Shown here piece after piece: positions 1 through 10,474 of a stretch of 64,000 nt of DNA (position 1 is its first letter; each line of letters begins with the position of its first letter). Both the position numbers and the translations under genes were made by a program. The notes below the pieces were generated by a model. That model saw only the letters and a list, made by a program, of their open reading frames with translations. It did no database searches and had not been told where the DNA came from. Source of the stretch: an uncultured Gammaproteobacteria bacterium (GTDB lineage Bacteria; Pseudomonadota; Gammaproteobacteria; UBA9214). The stretch covers positions 128,001-192,000 of the forward strand of contig CAVVHS010000008.1 in assembly GCA_963748215.1 (NCBI GenBank). Reading direction: 5' to 3'.

Positions 1-1
1 C

Positions 2-193
2 GGCGAATTACTGGAAGTGGATACGGACAATGCCGAAGGACGTGCGGCTTTTCGCGAAGACTGGGAACAGCGCCGCGAGGAACTTCAGCAACTCGCCTAC
101 CGGCTGGGGCTCGGCCTGATACCCGTCAGCACATCGGATGACGTGCACCGCACCTTGATTACAGGACTGCGGCACTACCGGGGAAGACGCTAG
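2..193 (+). CDS. DUF58 family protein, C-terminal end (truncated by window)
   Basis: Frame 2 open from window start (GELLEVDTDNAEGRAAFREDWEQRREELQQLAYRLGLGLIPVST...) to TAG at 191-193; position before DUF4381/VWA genes is typical of MoxR-Bat operons. Confidence 0.7.
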   Translation, partial: GELLEVDTDNAEGRAAFREDWEQRREELQQLAYRLGLGLIPVSTSDDVHRTLITGLRHYRGRR

Positions 194-198
194 CCCGC

Positions 199-762
199 AT
201 GGAAAATACTACCGCGATTTTACGCGACATCCACGAACTGGACGCGATCCCGTGGTGGCCGCCGGCTCCCGGCTGGTGGATTGTCTTCGGCCTGCTGCTG
301 CTCTTGCTCGTCGCCGCGGCGCTCCGTTACTGGCTGCGCTACAGCGGCCTCATGCCGGGCTGGCGCGGCGATGCCCGCCGCCAGCTGCGCGCCCTGCGCA
401 AGGCCTTGCGCCAGGAAGACCCCCGCGCCATCGCCGGCCGCCTGTCCACACTGCTGCGCCGTATTGCCATGGCGCGAGGCGGGCGGCGCCAGGCCGCCGG
501 GCTGTCCGGCGATCGCTGGCTCAACTGGCTGGAAGAAAACGACAGTACCGGTTTCAGCTGGACGAAGCGTGGCCGGATACTGCTGCAGGCCCCCTACATG
601 CCACCGACATGGGTTGTGGAACGCAAGGATGTGGCACGGCTGGTCGTCGCCGCACGGCGCTGGGTCGATGCGGTAACCCCGGCTGACCGCAAACCGGCGA
701 TACGCTGGCGCGAAAAGCTTGCAATGTACGGTATCAACCTGCGGAGCAGGCATCATGTTTAG
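199..762 (+). CDS. DUF4381 family membrane protein
   Basis: LRDIH...WWPPAPGWW motif, TM helix, LLRRIA and L(S/T)G..WL..L motifs; Bat operon context. Confidence 0.85.
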   Translation: MENTTAILRDIHELDAIPWWPPAPGWWIVFGLLLLLLVAAALRYWLRYSGLMPGWRGDARRQLRALRKALRQEDPRAIAGRLSTLLRRIAMARGGRRQAAGLSGDRWLNWLEENDSTGFSWTKRGRILLQAPYMPPTWVVERKDVARLVVAARRWVDAVTPADRKPAIRWREKLAMYGINLRSRHHV

Positions 763-1792
763 TTTTTCCTGGCCGTGGGCTGCCCTGCTGCTGCCCCTTC
801 CGCTACTGGTGCGCTGGTTCTGGCCGCGCCCGCATGGCGCAACCGATGCCTACACCCACGGCGACAGTTCCACCCTCCTGCACCCGGCGCTGGGACGACT
901 GGCATCCACGTTCGTTGCCGCTCGCTCGCTCACCCATGCCGGCAGCCGCCTGCAGATTGTCATGCTGTCCCTGGTATGGGCGGCACTGGTTGTCGCCATG
1001 ATGCAGCCGCAATGGCTGGAACCCTATACGGAAATCCGCACCGAGGGCTATGACCTGATGCTTGCCGTCGATACATCGCGCTCGATGGAGGCGCTGGACT
1101 TCACGGTCGACAACCGCCAGGTCACGCGCATGGCGGTTATCAAGGGTGTGCTGGAGCGCTTCGTCAAGGCCCGCGACGGCGACCGCATCGGTATTGTGGT
1201 GTTCGGCAGCCAGGCGTTTGTGCTGTCTCCCATGACACAGGATTTGCAGGCCCTGCACAGCCTGCTGGACAGTGTCGTTGCGCGCATGGCCGGTGACGGT
1301 ACCGCAATCGGCGATGCCATTGGACTGAGCGTGAAAAAACTGCGCGAACGCCCCGAGGGTTCGCGCGTGCTGATCCTGGTCACCGATGGCGAGAATACCG
1401 AGGGCAGCATGCCGCCGAACCTGGCCGCGCAGCTCGCTGCACACGAAGGTATCCGCATCTACACCATCGGCGTCGGCAGCAAGGGGCTGGTGCCATTCAT
1501 GGAAGATGGCCGTATGACCCAGGTCAAGATGGAAATCGACGAGGACCTGCTCACCGAGGTAGCGGCAATCACGGGCGGCGCCTATTTCCGTGCCACCGAC
1601 AGTGGCGCGCTCGAGCAGATCTACCAGCAGATCGACGCACTGGAAAAGACCCAGGCCGAATCACGCACCGTGATGATTCCGCAACCGCTCTACCGCTGGC
1701 CGCTGGGAGCGGCGCTGCTGCTCCTGTTGCTGCTTGGACTGTTCCCCAACGGTATACCACGATCGTGGTTCACGAGACCTGCCCATGGCTGA
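755..1792 (+). CDS. batA: BatA-like VWA domain protein
   Basis: N-terminal F.WPW helix, MIDAS DTSRSM, GTAIGDA, LVTDGEN, IAAITGG-type motif; ATG at 755 overlaps the upstream stop. Confidence 0.88.
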   Translation: MFSFSWPWAALLLPLPLLVRWFWPRPHGATDAYTHGDSSTLLHPALGRLASTFVAARSLTHAGSRLQIVMLSLVWAALVVAMMQPQWLEPYTEIRTEGYDLMLAVDTSRSMEALDFTVDNRQVTRMAVIKGVLERFVKARDGDRIGIVVFGSQAFVLSPMTQDLQALHSLLDSVVARMAGDGTAIGDAIGLSVKKLRERPEGSRVLILVTDGENTEGSMPPNLAAQLAAHEGIRIYTIGVGSKGLVPFMEDGRMTQVKMEIDEDLLTEVAAITGGAYFRATDSGALEQIYQQIDALEKTQAESRTVMIPQPLYRWPLGAALLLLLLLGLFPNGIPRSWFTRPAHG

Positions 1793-2822
1793 CCTGCTGC
1801 CCGCCATCCATTTCAGCGAACCGGCCTGGCTATGGGCATTGCTGTTGTGCATACCGGTTGCCCTGTGGCTGATCCTGACCCGCAATCTCAGCAAGCGTAA
1901 CGAACGCATGCAGCTATACGCGGATCAACACCTGTTGCCGCATCTGCTGGGCCGTTCGGAGATTACCACCGGTACGCAATGGCGACGCTACGCACACTGG
2001 TCCCTCGTCTGGGTGCTGCTGGTACTGGCCATGGCCGGTCCGCGCTGGGATTTCACCGATGTAAAGCTGTTCCGTCCCGGCACCAACCTGGTGGTGCTGT
2101 TCGATCTCTCGCGCTCCATGATCGTGTCAGATGTGCAACCCTCGCGGCTGGCGCGTGCCCAGCAGGAACTGGCTGACCTGCTGGATCGCAATCGCGGCAT
2201 CCGCATCGGCGTAATCGGGTTTGCCTCGATTGCCCAGGTCGTCGCACCGGTAACCGAGGACATGAACGGTATCCGTCGGGTGCTGCCGGCGCTCGACACG
2301 AGCCTGGTGCAATTGCCGGGCAGCCGGCTGGTGCATGCGCTCGACCGCGCCGGTGAACTGCTCGCCGGTCAGTCGAAGGACAGTATCAACTCGCTGCTGA
2401 TCATCACCGATGGTGATTTCGATGAGCCTGGCCTGGAGCAGCATTTGCAGGAATTTGCTGCGCGCGGGGTGCGCGTGCATATCCTCGGCATCGGCACGCC
2501 GGAGGGTGATGCCGTTCCCGGCCGGGAAGGCCAGTGGATCAAGGACAGGAGCGGCCAACCGGTCGTTTCAAGGCTCAACGAGCCCTTGTTGAAAACCCTG
2601 GCGACTGCCGGAGCGGGAATTTACCAGCGCGCCGATTACCGCCAGCGCGATACCGACCGGATCCTGGAAGAGGTGAAGGCGCAGGCGCTGCCCGGCGGCG
2701 AACTCAATGAACGCACGCGGGTCTGGAATGAACGCTTCCACTGGCTTGCCGGGCTGGCGCTGCTGTTGCTGCTGCCGCTGTTTCGCCGCACCCTGCCGGG
2801 TTTCCAGGTGCGCAGCTCATGA
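1785..2822 (+). CDS. batB: BatB-like VWA domain protein
   Basis: DLSRSM..DV.PSRL, ITDGD, GIGTPEG motifs; overlaps batA stop. Confidence 0.85.
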   Translation: MADLLPAIHFSEPAWLWALLLCIPVALWLILTRNLSKRNERMQLYADQHLLPHLLGRSEITTGTQWRRYAHWSLVWVLLVLAMAGPRWDFTDVKLFRPGTNLVVLFDLSRSMIVSDVQPSRLARAQQELADLLDRNRGIRIGVIGFASIAQVVAPVTEDMNGIRRVLPALDTSLVQLPGSRLVHALDRAGELLAGQSKDSINSLLIITDGDFDEPGLEQHLQEFAARGVRVHILGIGTPEGDAVPGREGQWIKDRSGQPVVSRLNEPLLKTLATAGAGIYQRADYRQRDTDRILEEVKAQALPGGELNERTRVWNERFHWLAGLALLLLLPLFRRTLPGFQVRSS

Positions 2823-4582
2823 AACGGCAAACGATCCTCGTCACGTACCTGCTGACCGGCCTGCTGGCCGGCGCGACAACCGTCAAGGCGTCCTGGTTCA
2901 GGAACACTGAGCAGGAAGCGGCCAGCAAGTACCGGGAAGGCGAATACAGCGAAGCCGCACAGGATTTCAGCGATGCTTACCGGCGTGGCGTCGCACTCTA
3001 CCGTGCGGGACGCTACACGGAAGCGGGCGATGCCTTTGCCAGTGTCGAGCGCGAAGACGTCAAGCCGGACGCGTTGTATAACCTGGGCAACAGCCGCTAC
3101 AAGCGCAGCGACTACGAAGGCGCGGTCGAAGCCTACCAGGCAGCACTGGCGCTGCAACCGAAAGACGCCGACACGTCGCACAATCTGTCACTGGCGAAGC
3201 GGATGCTGGAACAGACCGTGAACGAGGACCTGGAACAGGAAAAGTCCGAGCAGCCACCCGAGGAAGAAGAGCAGCAAGAAGAAGAAAAAGAACAGCAGGA
3301 GTCCGAGGAGTCCTCCAGCGAGGAGCAGCAGGAGTCCGAGGAGTCCTCCAGCGAGGAGCAGCAGGAATCCGAAGAATCCTCCGGCGAGGAGCAGCAGGAG
3401 TCCGAGGAGTCCTCCGGCGACCAGCAGCAGGAGTCCGAGGAGTCCTCCGGCGACCAGCAGCAGGAGTCCGAGGAGTCCTCCGGTGACCAGCAGCAGGAGT
3501 CCGAGGAGTCCTCCGGCGACCAGCAGCAGGAATCCGAGGAGTCCTCCGGCGACCAGCAGCAGGAATCCGAGGAGTCCTCCGGCGACCAGCAGCAGGAATC
3601 CGAGCAGTCCTCCGGTGACCAGCAGCAGGAATCCGAGGAGTCCTCCGGCGACCAGCAGCAGGAGTCCGAGGAGTCCTCCGGTGACCAGCAGCAGGAGTCC
3701 GAGCAGTCCTCCGGTGACCAGCAGCAGGAATCCGAGCAGTCCTCCGGTGACCAGCAGCAGGAGTCCGAGCAGTCCTCCGGCGACCAGCAGCAGGAGTCCG
3801 AGCAGTCCTCCGGTGACCAGCAGCAGGAGTCCGAGGAGTCCGCCGGTGACCAGCAGCAGGAGTCCGAGGAGTCCTCCGGCGACCAGCAGCAGGAGTCCGA
3901 GCAGTCCGCCGGTGACCAGCAGCAGGAATCCGAGCAGTCCGCCGGTGACCAGGAACAGGAGTCCGCGGATTCAAAAGGCGATCAACAGGATGACTCCGAC
4001 AAGTCCGCCGGCGACCAGGAACGGGAAAGCGAGCCATCGGCCGGTGACCGGGAAGAGGATGCCGACACCGGATCAAAGGAGGATAAATCTGCCAGCGACA
4101 AGTCCGAATCCGTTGAAGATCAGCAGGAAAAGGGAGATTCTGGCGAGCAGGATGAACAAAAAGGTGTTAATCTCGGAATAGATAAAACTGATCAGGAATC
4201 AGATCTGGGCGAAGCTGGCGATACCGGAGGAGGACCGGAAGATCGGGACCAGGAGCAAGCCGGGGCCAACTCGGACAAATCGGCCGGCCCGGGTGGGCTG
4301 CCAGACGAGATATCCGAGGAACAGGCAGCGGCCAGCCAGGCGGTAGAGCGCTTCGACCAGCTGGACACCGGCTCCGGCGATGCAGACCAGGGAAATCCGC
4401 AGGACGGCATACCGGACAAGGACGGGGTCCCCGGTACCAGCATCTCCATGACGGTAATGGATCAGTGGCTGGAACAGATCGAAGGCGACCCGGCCCACCT
4501 GTTACGCAACCAGTTCAGGATAGCGGAACAGCTGGAGATGCAACGCAATCGTCGCCAGCTGATGGAAACGCGTCCGTGGTAA
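2819..4582 (+). CDS. BatC-like TPR protein with very long acidic repeat linker
   Basis: Signal peptide, TPR motifs (ALYNLGNS, YEGAVEAYQAAL, HNLSLAK), low-complexity E/S/Q/D tract, C-terminal QWL..I.GDP..LLR.QF...PW motif. Confidence 0.85.
   Translation: MKRQTILVTYLLTGLLAGATTVKASWFRNTEQEAASKYREGEYSEAAQDFSDAYRRGVALYRAGRYTEAGDAFASVEREDVKPDALYNLGNSRYKRSDYEGAVEAYQAALALQPKDADTSHNLSLAKRMLEQTVNEDLEQEKSEQPPEEEEQQEEEKEQQESEESSSEEQQESEESSSEEQQESEESSGEEQQESEESSGDQQQESEESSGDQQQESEESSGDQQQESEESSGDQQQESEESSGDQQQESEESSGDQQQESEQSSGDQQQESEESSGDQQQESEESSGDQQQESEQSSGDQQQESEQSSGDQQQESEQSSGDQQQESEQSSGDQQQESEESAGDQQQESEESSGDQQQESEQSAGDQQQESEQSAGDQEQESADSKGDQQDDSDKSAGDQERESEPSAGDREEDADTGSKEDKSASDKSESVEDQQEKGDSGEQDEQKGVNLGIDKTDQESDLGEAGDTGGGPEDRDQEQAGANSDKSAGPGGLPDEISEEQAAASQAVERFDQLDTGSGDADQGNPQDGIPDKDGVPGTSISMTVMDQWLEQIEGDPAHLLRNQFRIAEQLEMQRNRRQLMETRPW
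3299..3958 (+). repeat. Tandem coding repeat, 20 x 33 nt (ESE(E/Q)SSGDQQQ), followed by about 3 degenerate units
   Basis: Unit gagtccgaggagtcctccggcgaccagcagcag repeated in exact 33-nt register. Confidence 0.95.
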
Positions 4583-4661
4583 CACTGGTGACCGGCGACG
4601 CGACCTGAGCGGCGGACAGCGAGACGATTACGAGGAAGTAGACGGGGGCAATCACTTGAGT

Positions 4662-6305
4662 ATGGTTACAACGTTACGTATCGGTATCATTTTCCTGCTG
4701 GCAAGCTTGTCAGTTTCACTGGCGCACGCCGCCGGTTTTTCAATGGGCAGTAGCAAGCCTCATGGTAAAGACGGTTACACCACCAATCGTCCCTGGGGCA
4801 ACATCGAACCCAGCAAACCCGCACCGCAATATCAGCCCCCGCAACCGTTACCCGGCAGCTACTATCCCGGCGCTGCACCCGGCACTGGCTGGTATTCGGC
4901 ACAGTTGCCTGCCAGCAGCGCTGCAGGCAATAGCGCGCCAGTTGTCGAGGTCGACGTCGACGGATCGGTGTTCTATGAACAGCAGAACATCGTCTACACG
5001 GTCCACGTCGTAAGCGACGGCAATCTCGCCTTGCTGGATGCCGAGTTACCGCGCATCGAGGGAGCGGCAATGGAACTGATCGACGGTCCCGTCGCCAGCA
5101 CGCGCTCCAGCGGATACAGTCGTACACCTCAAATCGTCAATACCTATCGCTACAAACTGATGCCGCTGCATTCCGGCAAGGTCGTCATTCCGGCAATCCG
5201 GTTCACCGGCACACACGCTGCCGGCAAACAGTCGAATAATCCGCAGGGCAACAAATTCACCATCGCCGCTGCCAGGCCGCTGACCCTGCAGGTGAGACCG
5301 GCCGATTCCGCAGTCCAGCCCTGGCTGCCACTGTACGACCTGCGACTGCAAACCGACCTGGAGCAGGAAGGACCTGCCAAGGCCGGCCAACCGGTCACCC
5401 TCACCCTGGAACTGACCGCACGCGGGGCACTGGGCACCCAGCTTCCGTCGCTGGCTCACCAGCTCGAAAGTCCCCATTACCGTGTGTATCGGGATACGAC
5501 CACCACCAGGAGCGGCATTTCGTCCAACGGTCGGTACCTGACCGGCAGCCGCAAGGAAACCTACACTCTCATCCCGCTCGAGGATGGCTGGATACGCCTT
5601 CCGGAGATCAACGTCGCGTGGTGGGACATCGACATGCAGACAGCACGGCTTGCCGGCTTGCCGCCCACGCAGTCCAGCGGCGCTGCGACCTCCGGCCTGA
5701 CTGCAACCGGTACCGGACAGACATCCCTGTTCCCGGCCTATTTCTGGATACCCATGGTGATCGCGCTGGCCCTGATCGCCGGCTTCTGGCTGGGCGCCTG
5801 GCACCGCACCCGACCACTGGTCAATCGAGCCGGCGCCTGGTTATCGGCAACCGGCCAGGGCGCTGTGCAACGCGGCCAGCGTCTCGGCAGCATGATCTCG
5901 CCGTTACGACACCTGCGCCGGCTGCGTATGGCATTCGCCCTGCTGATGCCGAAGTCGGTCAGGATCTGGATGTGCACGCATTGCCTGGCAACCGAGGACA
6001 ACCCGCAAGCCTGGTGCACGGAATTCAAGAGCCGCGTGTGCAAGCATCTCGACATATCCTCGCATGCCTCGCTCACCAGCATTACCGAGAAACTCATCGC
6101 GACCAGTCCCAGCGCCGAACCGGCCAGGCTGCGCGAACTGGCGCATTCGCTCGACGGCGCACTCTACGGTGACCGGACGCTCGATTTCCCCGCCTGGAAA
6201 CGCGAACTGAGACAGCAGCTGCGCCCGCACCTGCTACGCCGCAACCGTGCACGCACACCCCGCAAGACAAACACACTGCCGGCGCTCAATCCGACCTCGG
6301 CCTGA
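4662..6305 (+). CDS. batD: BatD family protein
   Basis: Signal peptide, repeated beta-rich modules (Y.L.P...G...IP; ETYTLIP..G.I.LP.I.V.WWD), C-terminal TM; last gene of the Bat operon. Confidence 0.8.
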   Translation: MVTTLRIGIIFLLASLSVSLAHAAGFSMGSSKPHGKDGYTTNRPWGNIEPSKPAPQYQPPQPLPGSYYPGAAPGTGWYSAQLPASSAAGNSAPVVEVDVDGSVFYEQQNIVYTVHVVSDGNLALLDAELPRIEGAAMELIDGPVASTRSSGYSRTPQIVNTYRYKLMPLHSGKVVIPAIRFTGTHAAGKQSNNPQGNKFTIAAARPLTLQVRPADSAVQPWLPLYDLRLQTDLEQEGPAKAGQPVTLTLELTARGALGTQLPSLAHQLESPHYRVYRDTTTTRSGISSNGRYLTGSRKETYTLIPLEDGWIRLPEINVAWWDIDMQTARLAGLPPTQSSGAATSGLTATGTGQTSLFPAYFWIPMVIALALIAGFWLGAWHRTRPLVNRAGAWLSATGQGAVQRGQRLGSMISPLRHLRRLRMAFALLMPKSVRIWMCTHCLATEDNPQAWCTEFKSRVCKHLDISSHASLTSITEKLIATSPSAEPARLRELAHSLDGALYGDRTLDFPAWKRELRQQLRPHLLRRNRARTPRKTNTLPALNPTSA

Positions 6306-6322
6306 GACTGTTCCTGACTGTC

Positions 6323-6346
6323 GCGGCGGGCTCCTGCGCCCGCCGC
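6323..6346. terminator. Hairpin between convergent batD and polX
   Basis: gcggcgggc-N6-gcccgccgc 9-bp perfect stem; no clear U-tract. Confidence 0.5.
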
Positions 6347-6350
6347 CGGT

Positions 6351-8078
6351 TTATCGGCCGGTCGCGCGTTTCAGCAGCGGCCTGAGTTGCCGAAGCGTGC
6401 GGCTGTTGAGCACGTCCTGTTTTTCCAGCCAGCCGCGCCGCGCCTGCCCCACGCCGTAGGCGAGGTTCGCGAAATCCCGGGTACTGTGGGCATCGGAATT
6501 CACCGCGACGAGCACCCCTTCATCCCGCGCCATCTGGCAATACACATCCAGCAGATCGAGTCGCTCCGGGTGCGCGTTGAGTTCCAGGAAACAGCCGCGT
6601 TCGCGCGCCTTGCGGATGACCTTGAGCATGTCGATGTCATACGGCTCGCGACTTTCGAGCAAGCGGCCGGTTGGATGCGCAAGCAGGGTAAAATGCGGAC
6701 GGTCCATGGCACGCAGGATGCGGTCCGTCTGTTCTGCGCGTGACAGTGTGAAGTTGCTGTGCACTGCCCCGATCACCAGGTCCAGTTCACCGAGCACGTC
6801 ATCGGGCAGGTCGAGCCGTCCGTCTTCCAGGATGTCGACCTCCACGCCCTTGAGCAGCGTGATGCCGTCGAGCTCCTCATTCAGTCGATCGATCTCGTGC
6901 ATCTGCTTGCGCAGTCGCTTCGGATCGAGACCGTGCGCAACCGTAAGCCGGCGTGAATGTTCCGTGATCGCGAGGTAGCCGAGGCCGTAGTGCTGTGCGG
7001 CCTGTGCCATCTCGCGCAGGCTGTTATGTCCGTCAGTGGTCGTGGTGTGCGCGTGCAGGTCGCCCCTGAGATCGGCCAGCGTCACCAGCTTCGGCAACTT
7101 GCCGGCACGCGCCGCCTCGAGTTCGCCACGGTTTTCGCGCAGCTCCGGATCGATCCACGGCAGGCCCACGCTGCGATAGACCGATTTCTCGGTCGCGCCA
7201 GCCGTGCGGCGCTTGCCCCGGAACACACCGTATTCACTGATCTTGAGCTTGCGCTCCTGCGCCAGCCGACGCAGTGCGATGTTGTGCTCGCGCGAACCGG
7301 TGAAGTAAAGCAAGGCCGCGCCAAAACAGTTTTCCTCTACGACGCGCACATCCACCTGCAGCCCGGACCTGAGCATCAGCGTGGCGCGCGTGGGGCCGCT
7401 GGCGAGCACCTTTTCGACCTCCTCGTACAAAACCACACGGTCCATGACCCCGGCGGCTTCCGCGGTGACCAGGATGTCGAGGTCACCGACTGTCTCGCGA
7501 GCGCGGCGATAGCTGCCGGCCAGCACGACCTGTTTCACACCGGGGATCCGCTGCAGCCAGGCCTGCAACGGTTCGGCATACTGCGCGGCCACGGCCAGTT
7601 TGAAGCGCGGCTGTTCCGCAACCTGCCTGGACACCGCCTCCAGTATGACCTGCTCGGTCCTGGCACCGAAGCCGGGCAGCTCGCGAATACGCCCGTCACG
7701 CGCGGCACGCGCCAGCTGCTCAAGCGTATGGACGTCAAGCTCGTGATACAGCGTGCTCACGCGTTTCGGACCGAGACCGCGAATCTTCAGCAACCCGGTG
7801 ACGGAATGCGGAACCTGCCGGTGCAGCTTGTCGAGCATCCGGCACTTGCCCGTCCCGGCAATTTCCTCGATGCGAGCGGCGAGATCGGTGCCGATAGCAG
7901 GCAGTTCGGTCAGGTCATCCCCCCTGGCCAGCATGTCCGCCACCGCCTCGCCCATGCCCTGCAACTGGCGCGCGGCATTACGATAGGCACGCACCCGGAA
8001 CGGGTTTTCATTCTGGATCTCGAGCAGGTCGGCGATTTCCACGAATACGGCGGCAATGTCGGCGTTATGAACGGACAT
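6351..8078 (-). CDS. polX: DNA polymerase X / PHP 3'-5' exonuclease
   Basis: ENPFRVRAYR, HhH motifs GLGPK and GFGAR, GSYRR.RETVGDLDIL, LYFTGS, PHP motifs DLHAHT, ITEHS, NSDAH. Confidence 0.95.
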   Translation of the reverse strand: MSVHNADIAAVFVEIADLLEIQNENPFRVRAYRNAARQLQGMGEAVADMLARGDDLTELPAIGTDLAARIEEIAGTGKCRMLDKLHRQVPHSVTGLLKIRGLGPKRVSTLYHELDVHTLEQLARAARDGRIRELPGFGARTEQVILEAVSRQVAEQPRFKLAVAAQYAEPLQAWLQRIPGVKQVVLAGSYRRARETVGDLDILVTAEAAGVMDRVVLYEEVEKVLASGPTRATLMLRSGLQVDVRVVEENCFGAALLYFTGSREHNIALRRLAQERKLKISEYGVFRGKRRTAGATEKSVYRSVGLPWIDPELRENRGELEAARAGKLPKLVTLADLRGDLHAHTTTTDGHNSLREMAQAAQHYGLGYLAITEHSRRLTVAHGLDPKRLRKQMHEIDRLNEELDGITLLKGVEVDILEDGRLDLPDDVLGELDLVIGAVHSNFTLSRAEQTDRILRAMDRPHFTLLAHPTGRLLESREPYDIDMLKVIRKARERGCFLELNAHPERLDLLDVYCQMARDEGVLVAVNSDAHSTRDFANLAYGVGQARRGWLEKQDVLNSRTLRQLRPLLKRATGR

Positions 8079-8326
8079 GCTCCTAGCCCGCATTTCTCAC
8101 CGGGATCCCGGATGCTGGCGCAGGGCTCGCATGTCCGGACGCCGCTCTGGAATGAAAGAGGTAGCCGTAGCTACCACTTGAGTGAAGAGCAAGTACGGGC
8201 ATGCGAGAACCAGCCAGGGCCGGGATAGGCGGTGGCCGATAACACACTGTTTGTTGGCGAATGGGTATTAGCTTCATGGTTTCAGCTCATTATGTCGGAT
8301 AACAGCCGCCCGGTGAGAAATGCGGG

Positions 8327-9757
8327 CTAGCCCTTGATACAGACCAGCGGCTCCAGCCGCGCCACCTTGCGCGCCAGGCCGGCGGCATCGGCCGCATCCA
8401 CCACGGAGCCGACGTCCTTGTACGCGCCCGGCGCCTCCTCGGCCACGCCGCGTCCCGACGGACTGCGGATCAGGATGCCGCGCGCGGCCAGCTCGTCGAT
8501 GACCTGGCGACCGTGCCAGGTCTTGTGGGCCTGGTGACGGCTCATGGCGCGCCCGGCGCCGTGACAGGCGGAACTCCAGGACAGGGCCTCGCCGGCACTG
8601 GTGCCGGCCAGGACATAGGACGCGGTCCCCATCGAGCCGCCGATCAGCACCGGCTGACCCGTGGCGCGCAATGCATCGGGCAGATCGGCATGACCGGGAC
8701 CGAAGGCACGCGTGGCACCCTTGCGGTGCACGTGAAGCAGGCGGGGTTCGCCGGCCACGACATGTTGCTCGACCTTGCAGGTGTTGTGCGACACGTCGTA
8801 CAGCAGCGTCAGCTCTGCCTCCGGCAGCACCCGCGCGAAGACATTGCGCACCAGATGGGTGAGAATCTGCCGGTTGGCCAGCGCGCAGTTGATCCCGGCA
8901 CGCATCGCGCCGAGGTATTCCTCACCGATGGGGGAATCGATCGGCGCGCAGGCCAGTTCACGGTCCGGCAACGTGATGCCGTACTGCGCGGCAGCGATAA
9001 CCATGCGTTTCAGGAACTCGGTGCCGATCTGGTGTCCCAGGCCACGCGAGCCGCAATGGATGCTGACCACCACCTCGTTCTCGCGCAATCCCATAACCTG
9101 TGCCGCCCCGGCGTCGAACACCTGAACGACCTTCTGCACTTCTAGATAGTGATTGCCGCTGCCCAGCGTGCCCATTTCGTCACGCTGGCGCCGCTTGGCG
9201 TGGTCGGATACGCAACCCGGCCTGGCACCGGCCATGCGGCCGCGCTCCTCGGTGCGCTCCAGGTCGGCATCACACCCATAGCCCTGCTGTACCGCCCACT
9301 GTGCACCTCCCAGCAGCATGGCGTTCATACTCGCGGAATTCAGGTGGATCGTGCCGCTGCTGCCGAGACCGGCGGGAATGTCGCGATACAGACTGTCGGC
9401 CAGTGTTTTCTGCACCGCCATGACAGCGTCGGCCTGCAACCCGGTCAGCAGGCATCGTACGCCGCAGGAAATGTCGAAGCCGACGCCGCCGGCCGAGACC
9501 ACGCCGCCGTCGCCGGCATCGAAGGCGGCCACGCCGCCGATGGGAAAACCGTAACCCCAGTGCGCGTCGGGCATGGCATAGGATGCCTGCACGATGCCGG
9601 GCAGCATGGCCACGTTGCAGACCTGCTCGTAGACCTTGAGATCCATGTCGCGGATCAGGGTCTCGTCCGCGTAGATCAGCGCCGGCACGCGCATGGCGCC
9701 GTGCGGGGCGATCTGCCAGGCATATTCGGTATGACGGTTGAACAGCGATATATCCAT
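8327..9757 (-). CDS. rtcB: RtcB RNA ligase (archaeal-like, archease-associated)
   Basis: MPDAHWGYGFPIGGV, GVGFDISCG, GTLGSGNHY, HCGSRG, HRKGAT, CHGAGR, EEAPGAYK. Confidence 0.97.
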   Translation of the reverse strand: MDISLFNRHTEYAWQIAPHGAMRVPALIYADETLIRDMDLKVYEQVCNVAMLPGIVQASYAMPDAHWGYGFPIGGVAAFDAGDGGVVSAGGVGFDISCGVRCLLTGLQADAVMAVQKTLADSLYRDIPAGLGSSGTIHLNSASMNAMLLGGAQWAVQQGYGCDADLERTEERGRMAGARPGCVSDHAKRRQRDEMGTLGSGNHYLEVQKVVQVFDAGAAQVMGLRENEVVVSIHCGSRGLGHQIGTEFLKRMVIAAAQYGITLPDRELACAPIDSPIGEEYLGAMRAGINCALANRQILTHLVRNVFARVLPEAELTLLYDVSHNTCKVEQHVVAGEPRLLHVHRKGATRAFGPGHADLPDALRATGQPVLIGGSMGTASYVLAGTSAGEALSWSSACHGAGRAMSRHQAHKTWHGRQVIDELAARGILIRSPSGRGVAEEAPGAYKDVGSVVDAADAAGLARKVARLEPLVCIKG

Positions 9758-9814
9758 ATGCTCACCTGCCGGTCCGGCACCCGGATCGTGTCAGTGCAGA
9801 CTGGGTGTCTGGCT

Positions 9815-10237
9815 TCAGACATCCACCACGCATTGCGCGACCCAGCTGCCATCCGCTTCCTGCGCCACGCGCAAGGCGGTGTAGGTTGCACCCTTGACCT
9901 CGACCGCCGGGCGATGCCGTGCGCTGTCCAGTGCTTCGCCCCAGGCACGCGCCGTGAGCACCTCGCCGCTGATGTGCACGTCGTAGCGCGCGAACAGCCA
10001 GTGGCGTGTGGCCATTTCGTACAGCAGCGCGTTGAGCCAGTCCACCAGCAGCAATTCGTCATCCGGCGCCTGGCAACTGATCCTGACCATACCACCAGCG
10101 GAAATCCCGGTCGGCTCGGTAATCACGGCGGACAGGGCAACGGCCGCCTGCTCGAATGCCTGCTCCCGGGTCGCGCCGTAACCGCGTACCCCGATATCCG
10201 CACCGTGCGGGAAATGCTCCCAGCGCGCAAGCTGCAT
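9815..10237 (-). CDS. Archease
   Basis: [31 protein letters not shown]-terminus; directly upstream of rtcB. Confidence 0.93.
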   Translation of the reverse strand: MQLARWEHFPHGADIGVRGYGATREQAFEQAAVALSAVITEPTGISAGGMVRISCQAPDDELLLVDWLNALLYEMATRHWLFARYDVHISGEVLTARAWGEALDSARHRPAVEVKGATYTALRVAQEADGSWVAQCVVDV

Positions 10238-10474
10238 GGTCAGCAGCAAATCCGCGGCAGTCCTGCGCGGCTGCATGCACAACGGCGAACCCCATCGGTA
10301 TCACGGCTTGCATTTCCACACATGGTAAATATATAGCACCGTTACCGGCACAGAGACATGACGACCGTCAATCCCGCCCCACTACCACCGGCAGGCATCA
10401 CGCAACCGGCCACGCGAGCCGGCAGAATCGCAGTCAGGGCACCGGACAAGCACATCCAGACCGCTGCGCCCGGG

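Noticed and set aside
3060-4181. Long alternative-frame ORFs over the 33-nt repeat, and the repeat as a possible CRISPR array
   Set aside because: The repeats are contiguous with no unique spacers and lie in frame in a TPR gene; the other ORFs are shadows of a stop-free repeat
10238-10474. Possible Y-RNA or tRNA-like element beside archease/rtcB
   Set aside because: No T-arm, cloverleaf or Ro60 gene visible; the region looks like a promoter
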